Assembly: GCA_963702525.1 (NCBI GenBank)
Contig: CAVPCY010000013.1
Span: 163,965 to 227,964, forward strand
DNA: 64,000 nucleotides
Source: an uncultured Actinomycetes bacterium
GTDB taxonomy: Bacteria > Actinomycetota > Coriobacteriia > Anaerosomatales > PHET01
Reading direction: 5' to 3'
Part shown: positions 1 to 9,686 of the stretch, in pieces
Layout of the letters: every line of letters begins with the position of its first letter
How positions within the stretch are numbered: the first letter of the stretch is position 1
Translations under genes and position numbers: made by a program
The notes under the pieces: model-generated
Told to the model about the DNA's origin: nothing
The model's database searches: none
What the model saw: only the letters and a program-made list of their open reading frames with translations

Positions 1-2713
1 GCCCGCGTTGCCTGTCCATGCCCACTTGAAGGAGTGATTGGTGTCGGCCATCGAGGCGCTGTCGTAGACGACCTTGGGGCCTTGTGCGGTGGTGCTGTAG
101 AGATTGACCAGGGTCGAGCGTCCGTCGATGGTCGCTCGCGCCCACCCGAATGCTGGGCCGGTGTATCCGTAGACCTTCACCCGGGTCGCGCGCCCGTAGC
201 CGGTAACGTAGTTGCCCGTGCTCTGCGTCGTGGTCCTGACTCCGTCAAGGTAGGGTGTCCACGAGCCTTTGAACGACAGTTCGGGAGAGGCGTAGGTGTA
301 GGTCTCCAGAGCGCGCCTTACCAGGAGCGAGGTCGAGTGTTCGGACTCCACGTTGCCCGCCACGTCGATCGACCTGAAGCCCAGGGTGTGGAGCTGGTAG
401 CCGGTGATGCGGACCGAGGTGCCGTCTGTCCACGCGCCGCCGTCCACGCGGTACTGCGACTTCGAGACGCCCGAGCGGTTGTCGGTTGCCGAGAAGGTCA
501 CAGTGGCTGAGTCGATGTAGCTCGAAGCGGCATCGCTCGTGGTGACCGGTGGCGTTGCGTCGCAACGGATCTGGGCCGTCTGGGTGGTTTCGTTGTTGCC
601 CGCGCCGTCGGTGCTTGCGAACAGGATCGTAGCAGTCCCGTCATAGGACACCGTGAACGGCGCCGCGTAGGTCTGAACCGTCCCGCCGTTGAGCGAGTAC
701 CGTGTCTGAGCGACATAGGTCTCGTCGGTAGCGGAGATCGAGATCGGCTTTGTCGGGCTGTACCAGCCGGTGCCCGCGTCACTTGTCGAGACAGGCGCGA
801 CAGCGTCGGGCTCGAGCGTTCCTGCGATGTCGACGTAGTCAAGACCGACCGAGTCGCCGGTGGACGAGGGATTGTGAGTGCCCAGCGGGGTGACGGCAAG
901 CACGTTGGTCGTGGCGGCGTTCAGCCCGCCCCATGAGGTGAGGAACGCGCGTTGCGGAGTTGCCGAGTAGCAGTCGATAGTCGAGGGGTTCTGACCGTTA
1001 AGCGTGATCGTGAACTTGCCCATGTTGGGGCCCTTACGGCCGTACAGGTCGATGTTCTTGCCCTTGAAGACGAAGTACGCAGTAGCGGACGTGGATTGCG
1101 ACGCGGCGTACTTGCCGTTGCGCGCGATGCCGTCTGCGACGCTCGCCCAGGACACCCCTGTACACGATCTTGGGATCGTCTTCGTCGTTGGTGGTGTTCA
1201 CGTTGAACAGGAACGACTTGATGTCTTCGACGTTGCCGGCGTTGTCGAACGATCGCCAAAGCAGCTCGTATTGGCCGTAGGATGTCGCGGGGATGACGAT
1301 GCGCGTGCCGGAGTACCAGGTAGAGCCCTGGTCCAGAGACCACTGCGTGTGCTGGACGCCGGACCCGGCCTCGAGGACCGTCAGGTCGATGACGGCTTCG
1401 CCGTAGTACATCGGTACGGCATTGCTGAGGGTGATCGGGGCGAGTCTGTCGATGCGGACTGTCTTGGTGACTACGGATTCGGCGTTTCCGGCCTTGTCAA
1501 CCGAGAAGTACTTGAGCGTGGTGGTGCCCTCGGACGACACCGAGATGGGCCCGGTGGCACGCAGCGTCGGCGCAGTTCCGTCCAAGCTGTAGTACGTGGC
1601 ATCGACGCCGGACTTGCCCTGATCCGTTGCGGTGAGCGTGACTGACACGGCAGTGGTCTGCCATGTCGTGGGAGCGTTGTCGGTTGTGGTCGGCGCCGTG
1701 TGGTCCGGGTTGCCTTCCTGGAATGCCCAGCGTTGGACGCCGGCGGAGCCTGAGATCGGCTGGGTGTTGACCCAGACGTTGCCCCACGTGTCTACGGAAA
1801 GCTTGGTGGGGTAGTAGATCGAGCCCTCGGCGGGGTTGGGGTAGGTCCCCATCAGATCGCCATCAGCATCCAAGCGGATGAACTGTGAGGACGTTGGGGA
1901 TTGCCCCAGAACGTAGGTGGTCTCGAAACCGTCTTGGTACACATCCAGCGGCTCGGTGACAGGTGTCTCTGACAGGTCGACGGTGCCAAGCACTACGCCC
2001 GCTGTGTCGTAGCGCACCAGCCGGGAGTTGTACGTGTCTGCGACCAGTATGTCGCCGTTCGCATCGAAGCACATGCCTCGAGGCCCCGCTATGTCGGCAT
2101 CGAGAGGCTGCTCGAAGACGGTCGGATCGCGGGTTACCGCGTCGAAGCGCACCAAGGGGAGGAGCCCCTGATTCAGGACGTAGACGTTCCCCGCGCCATC
2201 CACGAGCATGTCCGATGGGTTGTCCAGGTAGTAGTTCTCGCCCTCCGGCGCGCCGAAGCTCTCCGCGACGCTCATATCCGCCGGATCGAAGACCACTACG
2301 GTCTGGGTGTCCCCAGTCGATGTGAGATCGGTAGCGTAGAGCAGGCCGTCGGGACCGAAGCTCATGCTGCTCAGCCATCTGCCAGGAAGCATCTTTGTCG
2401 CAGACGACGTCGACTGCCCCTGCTCGTACACGGCCACGAAGCTGTCGGCGATCTCGTGGGCATCTCGGTGAAAGACCCACAGCTTGCCATCGGGTGCGGT
2501 GTCGAAGGCGGGGACGACGAAGCGTGCCTCAGGGTCGGTGTGCGCCGCGTAGAGGAAGGGCGCCACGTAGTCGTCGGCCGGATCCGGGAACGTGAACGTC
2601 GCCGCGGCACTCCACGGTGCTATCGCCACGAGCGCCATTGAGACAGCGGCGAGCGTCGCGGCCCGGAGCGAGTATCTACGAAGCGTGCAGACGAATGAAT
2701 GAGGCGACATCAT
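1..2713 (-). CDS. Very large secreted surface protein: signal peptide, NHL/beta-propeller-like repeats, Ig-like chitobiase/OmpL47-type modules, jelly-roll/CBM-like modules. The C-terminus runs off the window. Apparent 1-nt frameshift near 1150.
   Basis: ORF 1034..2713 begins MMSPHSF...AATLAAVSMALVAIAPWSAAA (signal peptide). NHL-type blades follow (ILVADTYNSRLVRYD, VYVLNQGLLPLVRFD), then TTTDNAPTTW..VTLTATD..YYSLDG..LKYFSVDKAGNAE. After ...NDEDDPKIVY the listed frame becomes R-rich junk. My hand translation of the adjacent frame from ~1150 to nt 1 is open. It reads SWASVADGIARNGKYAASQSTSATAYFVFKGKNIDLYGRKGPNMGKFTITLNGQ...YSLNGGTVQTYAAPFTV...YRVDGGAWTDGTSVRITGYQLHTLGFRSIDVAGNVE... Confidence 0.7.
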
Positions 2714-2851
2714 TGCGCAGCTCGTTTCCGTTCGATGACATGATTCAAGGGGCGCCCTAGACGCCTACCTCATGTATCGAACCGAAACTGCGGCCGCCTT
2801 AGGATGTGGCTGGGGAAACGCGACCATCGGGCGAGAAAGGCCGATGAATGG

Positions 2852-2880
2852 TGATGCGCGTCACAACGCGACGCGCATCA
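2852..2880 (-). promoter_or_regulatory. Perfect 11-bp stem / 7-nt loop hairpin between the PilX-like gene stop and the surface-protein start
   Basis: TGATGCGCGTC-acaacgc-GACGCGCATCA read directly. No U-tract follows on the minus strand, so it is not a canonical intrinsic terminator. Confidence 0.4.
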
Positions 2881-2911
2881 GTTACCGCTGCATTCAGATA
2901 GTCCGCTGCGC

Positions 2912-4235
2912 CTACTCGTCGAGCCACTGGGTGACGCGCAGGTTGTCGCCTCTCAGCTGAGGGAACAGGGGAGGCGGATCGTCGTAGAGCGCGGGGTCGT
3001 ACAGGTACTGCCTGTCGCCGATGAACCCAGCGGACAAGTCCGAGCGGTAGAAGCCGGTGTTGCCGCCCGCTGCAGAGAGGGAGCCGCGAAGGGTGAGGTC
3101 GTTCCTCTTCATGTTGACGTCGCCGTTGTACGAGCTCGGCGCGTCGAAGCCGATCGTGCCCGTCTGCGCCAGGATGGCGGCTTCGACGGTGAGGTCGGTC
3201 GGCATCTGGTAGTAGAACATGGGCCACGTGGTCTTGCCCTGCGCTACCAGTCCGCAGACCGCCTTGGGCGTGCCCGTTCCGCGTGTCAGGTTGGCGATGA
3301 AGATCATGTCCTTGCTGGTTGCAAGGGTGACAGGGCTCCCGTACGTGCCCTTGGGGTATACGTTGTCGTCGAAGAAGATGACTCCGGATGCGGGCACGGC
3401 TATCGTCACCGGCGAGTCCAGGGTCATGGCGCCGACCTTTGGTTTGGTCGTGTCCGACGAGTATGTGAGGTTCAGAGTCAGGATCTTCTCGATGATCACA
3501 GTCGAACCCGACAGCGTCACCACATAGCCCTTCGCTCCGCTCGCGGGGTAGTACGTGTTCTCGGCCTGAGCGGTAGCCTTCAGTTTCGCGATGTCTGTGG
3601 AGATCTTGGTGAAGTCCACCGTCGGCAGAGCGCCGTCCTGCCATCCGCCCGGGTAGTTGACCGCTTTCGGTGCCGAACTCGAGCCGCTGTAGCACTTCTT
3701 CCCGGTGCCGCACGCGTAGGCCTTCTTCTTGAGAGTCCCGCTGTTGTAGATGTTGCCGTTGATCCGGACCTTGCCGTCGACCACGGTGGTGGCACCGAAG
3801 GTGATGTTTCCGGTACCGAGCACCCACGCGTAGTCGGCGAAGGTCGGGAAGCGCACAAGTGCGTTGACGACTCTGCGTTGTCCGGTGTTCAAGCGTACCC
3901 TCGGACCGCAGGCGGATAAGCTCGCCGGCCTCCTCGGCCGTGACGTTCCACGTGCCGCCCTCGAGCTCCAGCGGGCCGAGTTCGGGGTTGTCCTTCCAGT
4001 AGTCGTAGCCGTTGGCGCTGAGTCGATACATGTACTCGTTGAGCCCGGCATCTGCGATGTGCATGGCCTGGTTACGCTGGGTGTAGAGGGTTGTGTGGCT
4101 GGTTCGATACGCCATGAGGACCAAGACCGTCGTCGCGAGAAGGAAGACGATGGTGGACATCAGGACGACCGTCAGCATCGCGAATCCGGAGTCGTCGCGT
4201 ATCGCCTGGCGTCGCGTCGCGTCGTTGCGTCTCAT
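2912..4235 (-). CDS. PilX-like type IV pilus minor pilin/pseudopilin; apparent frameshift near 3885
   Basis: N-terminus MRRNDATRRQAIRDDSG/FAMLTVVLMSTIVFLLATTVLVL is a PilX-N-type hydrophobic helix. ORFs 2799..4235 and 2912..4051 are the two halves. They join at ...IRLRSEGTL / TGQRRVVNALVRFPTFADYAWVLGTGN... Confidence 0.65.
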
Positions 4236-4237
4236 CT

Positions 4238-4894
4238 CTACTTCACCACATTCTCTACGGCACGGATTCTGACAAGTGCACTCGTGTGCATCTCAACCGT
4301 GTTGCTTCCCGACCTCGCCTGGTTCTGGAGGTCGATGCCGACCATGGATATCCTGGGTGCGGTCGTCAGAGGGCTTGCGGGCGCCAAGGCGTCGAAGCCA
4401 TGCTGCTCGCCGTTGCTGCAGGTGGTGGCGGTGTTCGGCGTGGTGCTGTGGTAGCAGAAGATCGGGTCGGTGGTGGAGGTGAGATCCTCGAGGACGGGAG
4501 TCCCGGCGCCGTAGGTGCCATGGGTGAAGGGCGGCATGGTCCCGATCGCGGGCGCTACGGCTCGCAGGAGTGTGGAGCCGACTACGTAGTACTTGACCTT
4601 CTCCGGCCTGTCATCGCGGTTTGCATCCATGAAGAACTCCATCTGGCGCGGTTGCGAGACGATAAGCGCGCCATACCCTTCCTCGTTCTCCACCGCTTGT
4701 CGCAGCTCCCGGGTCATCGTCTCGACCGCGTGTTGGGCGTTGTCGGACGCTATGGCGCGTGCCTCGGACTCGTTGGCCATCGTCGTCGCCGCGCCGAACA
4801 GCATGTACGCGGTCGACAGCACGACGATCATCAACACGCAGACGACCATCAGCTCCACAAGCGAAGTCCCTGAGTCATCTCTGAGCTGGTTCAT
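4238..4894 (-). CDS. PilW-like minor pilin with prepilin-type N-terminal cleavage/methylation domain
   Basis: MNQLRDDSG/TSLVELMVVCVLMIVVLSTAYMLF is a class III signal with Glu5. The gene is 3 nt from the downstream PilX-like gene. Confidence 0.7.
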   Translation of the reverse strand: MNQLRDDSGTSLVELMVVCVLMIVVLSTAYMLFGAATTMANESEARAIASDNAQHAVETMTRELRQAVENEEGYGALIVSQPRQMEFFMDANRDDRPEKVKYYVVGSTLLRAVAPAIGTMPPFTHGTYGAGTPVLEDLTSTTDPIFCYHSTTPNTATTCSNGEQHGFDALAPASPLTTAPRISMVGIDLQNQARSGSNTVEMHTSALVRIRAVENVVK

Positions 4895-4905
4895 GGTTGC
4901 CCTAT

Positions 4906-6639
4906 CTAGTTCGCGGACGACAAGCTGACGCTAGCGGTTGCTCCGGCGGTGATCGTCACCGGCTTCGCAGACGTGGGGTCGTAGCTCGCCTTGGTCGACA
5001 CGGCGTAGTTGCCCGCGGGGTGCGGTCCGGAGTTCTTGGTTTGGTTTCTGGCGGTGAACGACAGGGTCGTTCCAAGCTTCACCCACGTGGCACCGACCTG
5101 CTGGTAGATGTAGACGGTCTTTGGGTTAGGGCTGGGATTCGAGGTGTACTTCACATCCATCCAGCCGTCGGTCAGCTTCGTGATGGCGACCTGCTTTGTG
5201 ACGGTGCCCCCGTTGGGGATCGTCCCGCTGGCGACTGAGTCGGGGGTGTAGCCTGTCTTGCTCGCGGTGGCGGTGTACGCGCCGGGCAGCCCGACCGTGA
5301 ACGTGACGTAGCCGCTAGCGTCGCTCGTGGCTGACGCGGGTGATACGGAACCGGCCCCGCTGGCTGTGACGGTGGCACCACTGACCGCAGCACCGTTCTG
5401 GTCGACGACCTTGACGATGAACTTGGTCGTCTTGAGCTGCTCGATCGCTACGGTGAGGCTTCCGTCCTCACCGCTGGCGACCGTCTTGCTGTCCGAGCCC
5501 GAGAGGTACCCGGACTTCGTCACACTCGCCGTGTAGGTCCCACCGGCTCCCAGCACGTGTCCGGTCTTGCCATCGGCGCCACTCGTGGCCGATCCGGGTG
5601 TTACCGACCCGGGTCCGGTCACGCTGACAGTGGCGCCGGGAACGATGGCACCGTTCTCATCCACGACGGTCACGAACAGTCGCGCGTACTTGGTGACCGC
5701 GACGTTGCTGTAGTAGGTGCCGCCGGCCACAGTCACAGCCAGAGTCCCCGAGCCTGTGGAGTAGCCGGAAGGGCCGGTAGACGCGACGGTGTAGGTGCCC
5801 TTGCCCAGGTCGTCGAAGCGCGCTCTTCCTTCGTCGTCGGTGGCGAGCGTCGCGGTGAAGGGCGACTTCGTGAGCTTGACCGAGGCGTTGGCCACCGGAT
5901 CCCCGAACTGGTCCTTCACGTAGATGATGCCTGTAGACGGCTCCTCGGCAGTGACCGTCCATTCGTTGAGCTCGTTTGGCGCGACCGAGGCGCCCGCGAT
6001 GCTCGCGAGATTGATGAAGTAGCCCGACTTGGTGCAGGTGATGGTTATGGCGCCCGCCGGCACCTTGCCCCAGTATGCGTATCCGTTCGAGTTGGTCCCC
6101 GAACTCGATTGGGCGCCGGAGAGTGGCTTGATCGTTACCTGAGCGCCCACGATCGGATCGCCCGTTTCGGCGTCTAGCACGTTCACCTTCACGTCACCTG
6201 CGTTGACGATGCTCGATTTGCCGGCGATGTTCGATTCGATGGTGACGGTTCCTGGTGTGGGCTCGCTCCAAAGGACGGTGATCTTGATGTTCTTGGAGGT
6301 CGAGAGCCCGGTATCGAGATCATGGCTCCAGCCGATGGTGGTCTGGACTGTGTAGACCCCGTCGGCCTCGGAGTTGGGGATGTCACCGGTGGGATAGCCC
6401 GAGACGGTGCCGATATCGTCGTAGTTGAGGTTGCGGATCTGCTCGAGGTGTCGATTGGCGACCGAGAGCGCTTGCTCACGTCTGCCGGTTTGGACACTCG
6501 AAGCGGCGCCATAGCGCAGGGCACCCATAGCGCCCAGAGCGACAACTGCCAGCACCGAGGTGGCGATCACCAACTCGATGACCGTGTAACCCGCGTCCCC
6601 ACCGCGCTTGCGTCCCAAGATGCGGCCCACTTTCATCAT
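4906..6639 (-). CDS. Giant PilV-like minor pilin: prepilin N-terminus followed by 4-5 tandem carboxypeptidase-regulatory-like/Ig-like repeats
   Basis: MMKVGRILGRKRGGDAG/YTVIELVIATSVLAVVALGA is a prepilin motif. Repeats follow, for example VTVVDENGAIVPGATVSVTGPGSV..GTYTASVTKSGY and VKVVDQNGAAVSGATVTASGAGSV..GAYTATASKTGY. I prefer the ATGATG start at 6639 over the ORF-track start at 6690. Confidence 0.7.
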   Translation of the reverse strand: MMKVGRILGRKRGGDAGYTVIELVIATSVLAVVALGAMGALRYGAASSVQTGRREQALSVANRHLEQIRNLNYDDIGTVSGYPTGDIPNSEADGVYTVQTTIGWSHDLDTGLSTSKNIKITVLWSEPTPGTVTIESNIAGKSSIVNAGDVKVNVLDAETGDPIVGAQVTIKPLSGAQSSSGTNSNGYAYWGKVPAGAITITCTKSGYFINLASIAGASVAPNELNEWTVTAEEPSTGIIYVKDQFGDPVANASVKLTKSPFTATLATDDEGRARFDDLGKGTYTVASTGPSGYSTGSGTLAVTVAGGTYYSNVAVTKYARLFVTVVDENGAIVPGATVSVTGPGSVTPGSATSGADGKTGHVLGAGGTYTASVTKSGYLSGSDSKTVASGEDGSLTVAIEQLKTTKFIVKVVDQNGAAVSGATVTASGAGSVSPASATSDASGYVTFTVGLPGAYTATASKTGYTPDSVASGTIPNGGTVTKQVAITKLTDGWMDVKYTSNPSPNPKTVYIYQQVGATWVKLGTTLSFTARNQTKNSGPHPAGNYAVSTKASYDPTSAKPVTITAGATASVSLSSAN

Positions 6640-7075
6640 CCGCCTTTGCCTTGGCGTGCAGGAGTGCTCGCGCTGAAGCGAAGCACACACGCCTATGTCC
6701 GGTTATCGGCGCGCCGCGCACCAGTCTTGAGCACCAGGGCAGTCCCGTTGTGGGACGCGCCCGCCACGTGCGGTGGACCTTCTTGATGGTGCACTGGGCA
6801 CGCGATTCCACCCTCTCTATCGGCTCGCACGACTGGGACTATAAGTGCTGTATGGGATGTATGTGCGGCGAATCGCAGTTGCTCCGTGACCCCCATCACA
6901 CCCAGCGTTGAGCGAGCGGCCGATTCCGTGGGTTGGCGGATGCGCCGTGGCCGGGTATCGGGACGGTGGACGCGTCCATTCGGCAAGTGACAGGCACGCT
7001 CTCTCGCATACGATTCGCACCGCCACCTCCTGCTATATACTCGCGCTAGTAGCGCTCACGACGAGGGAATGGTGC

Positions 7076-8563
7076 ATGCCTAGCGCGGCCTCTGGTGCTT
7101 CGGGGAACACAAGGGTCCGGACGATGCCGCGGGCGCGGCGTCGGAGGCTCGCGGTGGGCGCTCTCGTCCTCGTCGACGCCTTGGCTATTCTCGGTGCAGC
7201 TCTGACGGCGACGTGGCTGTGGTTCGACTCGTTCACGGCGCCGGTCAAGCTGGAATCTCCAGACCTGCACATCGAGTTCTGGCAGCTCGCGCTGATCGTC
7301 GTGCCGCTTTGGGTCGCCTTGCTTGCTATCACGGGTCTCTACGACCTCGACAGGGTGTCGTGGGGACTCGGTGAGACGGGCCGGATCGCTCGCGCCCTTT
7401 CGATGGGCGTGGTCGTCCTGATCCTGGCGACGTTCGTGGCGAAGCTGCCGGGCTTGTCGCGTGGCTGGACGCTACTCACGTGGTTACTTGCGATCGTCAT
7501 GGTGCTCGTGGCGCGAGCAGTCCTGTCGCTCGTGGTCGCACTGGTCCGGCGTCGCGGCGGCTTGATGAGACCGACGCTTGTCGTGGGTAGCAACGCGGAG
7601 TCGGCCGATATCATCCGCGTGCTCAGGCTTAACCCCGAGACGGGTCTGGTGCCCATCGGCTGCCTGGCGTCGTCTCAGGCCGAGAGGCTCGGCCTCGATT
7701 TCTGCTCGGGCGACATTCCTGTGCTCGGAACCGCTCGGGACGTCGCCGAGATCGTCTCGGCCACGAACGCGGACTGTGTGATCATCGCGTCGACTGCGTT
7801 CGATCACGACGTGCTGGGTCGGATCATCGCCGAGCTCAGGGCCGTGGATGTGGACGTCCACATATCATCGGGTCTCTTCGAGGTGCTCACGAGCCGCGTG
7901 GTGGTCAACGAAGTAGCCGGCGTACCGCTGATCACGGTGAAGGGGATCTCGCTCTCCAAGGGCAACCTCCTGGTCAAGCGTACGTTCGATCTTCTGGTCG
8001 CCGGTACGTTCGCGATCCTCGGTATGCCGATCTGGCTGACTATCGCGCTGTTGATCAAGCTCACGAGCCGTGGGCCGGTCTTCTACGGCCAGCCTCGCGC
8101 CGGCACGAGATGGTACGACCTTCCAGATGCTGAAGTTCCGCTCGATGTACGTGGACTGCGGAGGCTCGGCTTGCCGAACTCTCTGCGCGCCAACGAGGCG
8201 TCGGGACCGCTGTTCAAGATGAAGGACGACCCGCGTGTCACTTCAGTGGGCAGATGGCTGCGCAAGTTCTCGCTCGACGAGTTCCCGCAGCTGATCAACG
8301 TGCTCAAGGGCGAGATGTCGCTGGTGGGGCCGCGACCGCCGCTCCCACACGAGGTCGAGCTGTACTCGGTGAAGGACTGGCGTCGGCTGGAGGTCGTGCC
8401 CGGGATGACGGGTCTGTGGCAGGTCTCGGGACGCAGCAGCCTGACCTTCGACGAGATGATCGCGCTCGATCTGTTCTACATCGAGAACTGGTCCGTTGGG
8501 CTCGACATCACGCTCATGCTCAGAACGATTCCCGCGGTGCTGTTCGCACGCGGTGCCTACTAG
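7076..8563 (+). CDS. Polyprenyl glycosylphosphotransferase (exopolysaccharide/cell-wall glycan initiating sugar transferase); three frame changes at 8085-8190
   Basis: N-terminal TM helices, then KRTFDLLVAG..., PLFKMKDDPRVTSVGRWLRKFSLDEFPQLINVLKGEMSLVGPRPPLP. The conserved RDGTTFQMLKFRSMYVD and AEARLAEL lie in the two other frames. The ATG at 7076 is preceded by GAGGGA. Confidence 0.8.
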   Translation: MPSAASGASGNTRVRTMPRARRRRLAVGALVLVDALAILGAALTATWLWFDSFTAPVKLESPDLHIEFWQLALIVVPLWVALLAITGLYDLDRVSWGLGETGRIARALSMGVVVLILATFVAKLPGLSRGWTLLTWLLAIVMVLVARAVLSLVVALVRRRGGLMRPTLVVGSNAESADIIRVLRLNPETGLVPIGCLASSQAERLGLDFCSGDIPVLGTARDVAEIVSATNADCVIIASTAFDHDVLGRIIAELRAVDVDVHISSGLFEVLTSRVVVNEVAGVPLITVKGISLSKGNLLVKRTFDLLVAGTFAILGMPIWLTIALLIKLTSRGPVFYGQPRAGTRWYDLPDAEVPLDVRGLRRLGLPNSLRANEASGPLFKMKDDPRVTSVGRWLRKFSLDEFPQLINVLKGEMSLVGPRPPLPHEVELYSVKDWRRLEVVPGMTGLWQVSGRSSLTFDEMIALDLFYIENWSVGLDITLMLRTIPAVLFARGAY

Positions 8564-8581
8564 AAGCGGCTGGAGGAACCG

Positions 8582-9667
8582 GTGAGACTCATCGTGGTAG
8601 TCGGGGCGAGGCCCAACTTCATCAAGGTGGGCCCGCTGATGCCGGCGTTTGCCGCCGCAGGCGTGGACGCCGGCATCGCGCACACCGGCCAGCACTACGA
8701 CGCCTCGATGTCCGACGTCTTCTTCCGCGACCTCGAGCTGCCGGAACCCCGGTGGTTCCTGGGCGTAGGGTCGGGCACGCATGCTGTGCAGACCGGCAAG
8801 GCGATGATCGCGCTCGAGGAGCTGCTCACCGCCGAGAAGCCCGACGCTCTGCTCGTGGTGGGGGACGTGAACTCGACGCTTGCCGGAGCGCTCGCTGCGG
8901 TCAAGCTGGGCATCCCGGTGGTGCACCTCGAGGCGGGGCTGCGCAGTGGCGACATGTCCATGCCCGAGGAGGTCAACAGGCTCGTCACCGATCAGCTCTC
9001 GTCGATGCTGCTCACGCCGGTACCCGCTGCCGAGGAGAACCTGGTCCGCGAGGCGGTGGCTCCCGAACGCATCCATTTCGTGGGCAACGTCATGGCCGAG
9101 TCACTGCTTCGCAGTCTCGAGAGGATCGGCGATCGCGACCCAGCGGGGGCACTCGGCGTGACAGCGGGCGAGTATGCCCTGGTCACGTGCCATCGCCCTG
9201 AGAACACCGACCACCCCGAGAGGCTCGGAGCGATCGCGCGGGCACTGAACGAACTCGATGCTGAGGTGCTGCTGCCCGCGCACCCGCGCACCCGTCCGCT
9301 GCTCGAGCAAGCGGGGCTGCGGGACGGTGAGTCCCGCGTGCGAGTGATCGATCCCGTGGGCTATCTCGACATGCTCGCCCTTCAGCGCGACGCGGCTGTC
9401 GTGATCACGGACTCGGGCGGCATGCAGGAAGAGGCGTGCATGCTTCACACGCCCTGCGTGACGGTGCGCAGGAACACCGAGCGGCAGATCACCGTCGAGC
9501 TCGGGGCCAACCGGCTCGTCGAGGCCGATGCCGGGCAGATCCTCGCCGCTGCCGAAGCGTCTCTGCGATCCGGGCGCGATTGGGAGGTCCCCGAGCGCTG
9601 GGACACGCACGTGTCGCAGCGTGTCGTCGATGCGCTTCTCGGCGGCATAGTGCCGCTGCCTACGTAG
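8582..9667 (+). CDS. wecB: UDP-N-acetylglucosamine 2-epimerase (non-hydrolysing)
   Basis: MRLIVVVGARPNFIKVGPL..., HTGQHYD, GDVNSTLA, DSGGMQEE. Confidence 0.85.
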   Translation: MRLIVVVGARPNFIKVGPLMPAFAAAGVDAGIAHTGQHYDASMSDVFFRDLELPEPRWFLGVGSGTHAVQTGKAMIALEELLTAEKPDALLVVGDVNSTLAGALAAVKLGIPVVHLEAGLRSGDMSMPEEVNRLVTDQLSSMLLTPVPAAEENLVREAVAPERIHFVGNVMAESLLRSLERIGDRDPAGALGVTAGEYALVTCHRPENTDHPERLGAIARALNELDAEVLLPAHPRTRPLLEQAGLRDGESRVRVIDPVGYLDMLALQRDAAVVITDSGGMQEEACMLHTPCVTVRRNTERQITVELGANRLVEADAGQILAAAEASLRSGRDWEVPERWDTHVSQRVVDALLGGIVPLPT

Positions 9668-9686
9668 CTGCCAAGAGGGGAGTGAC

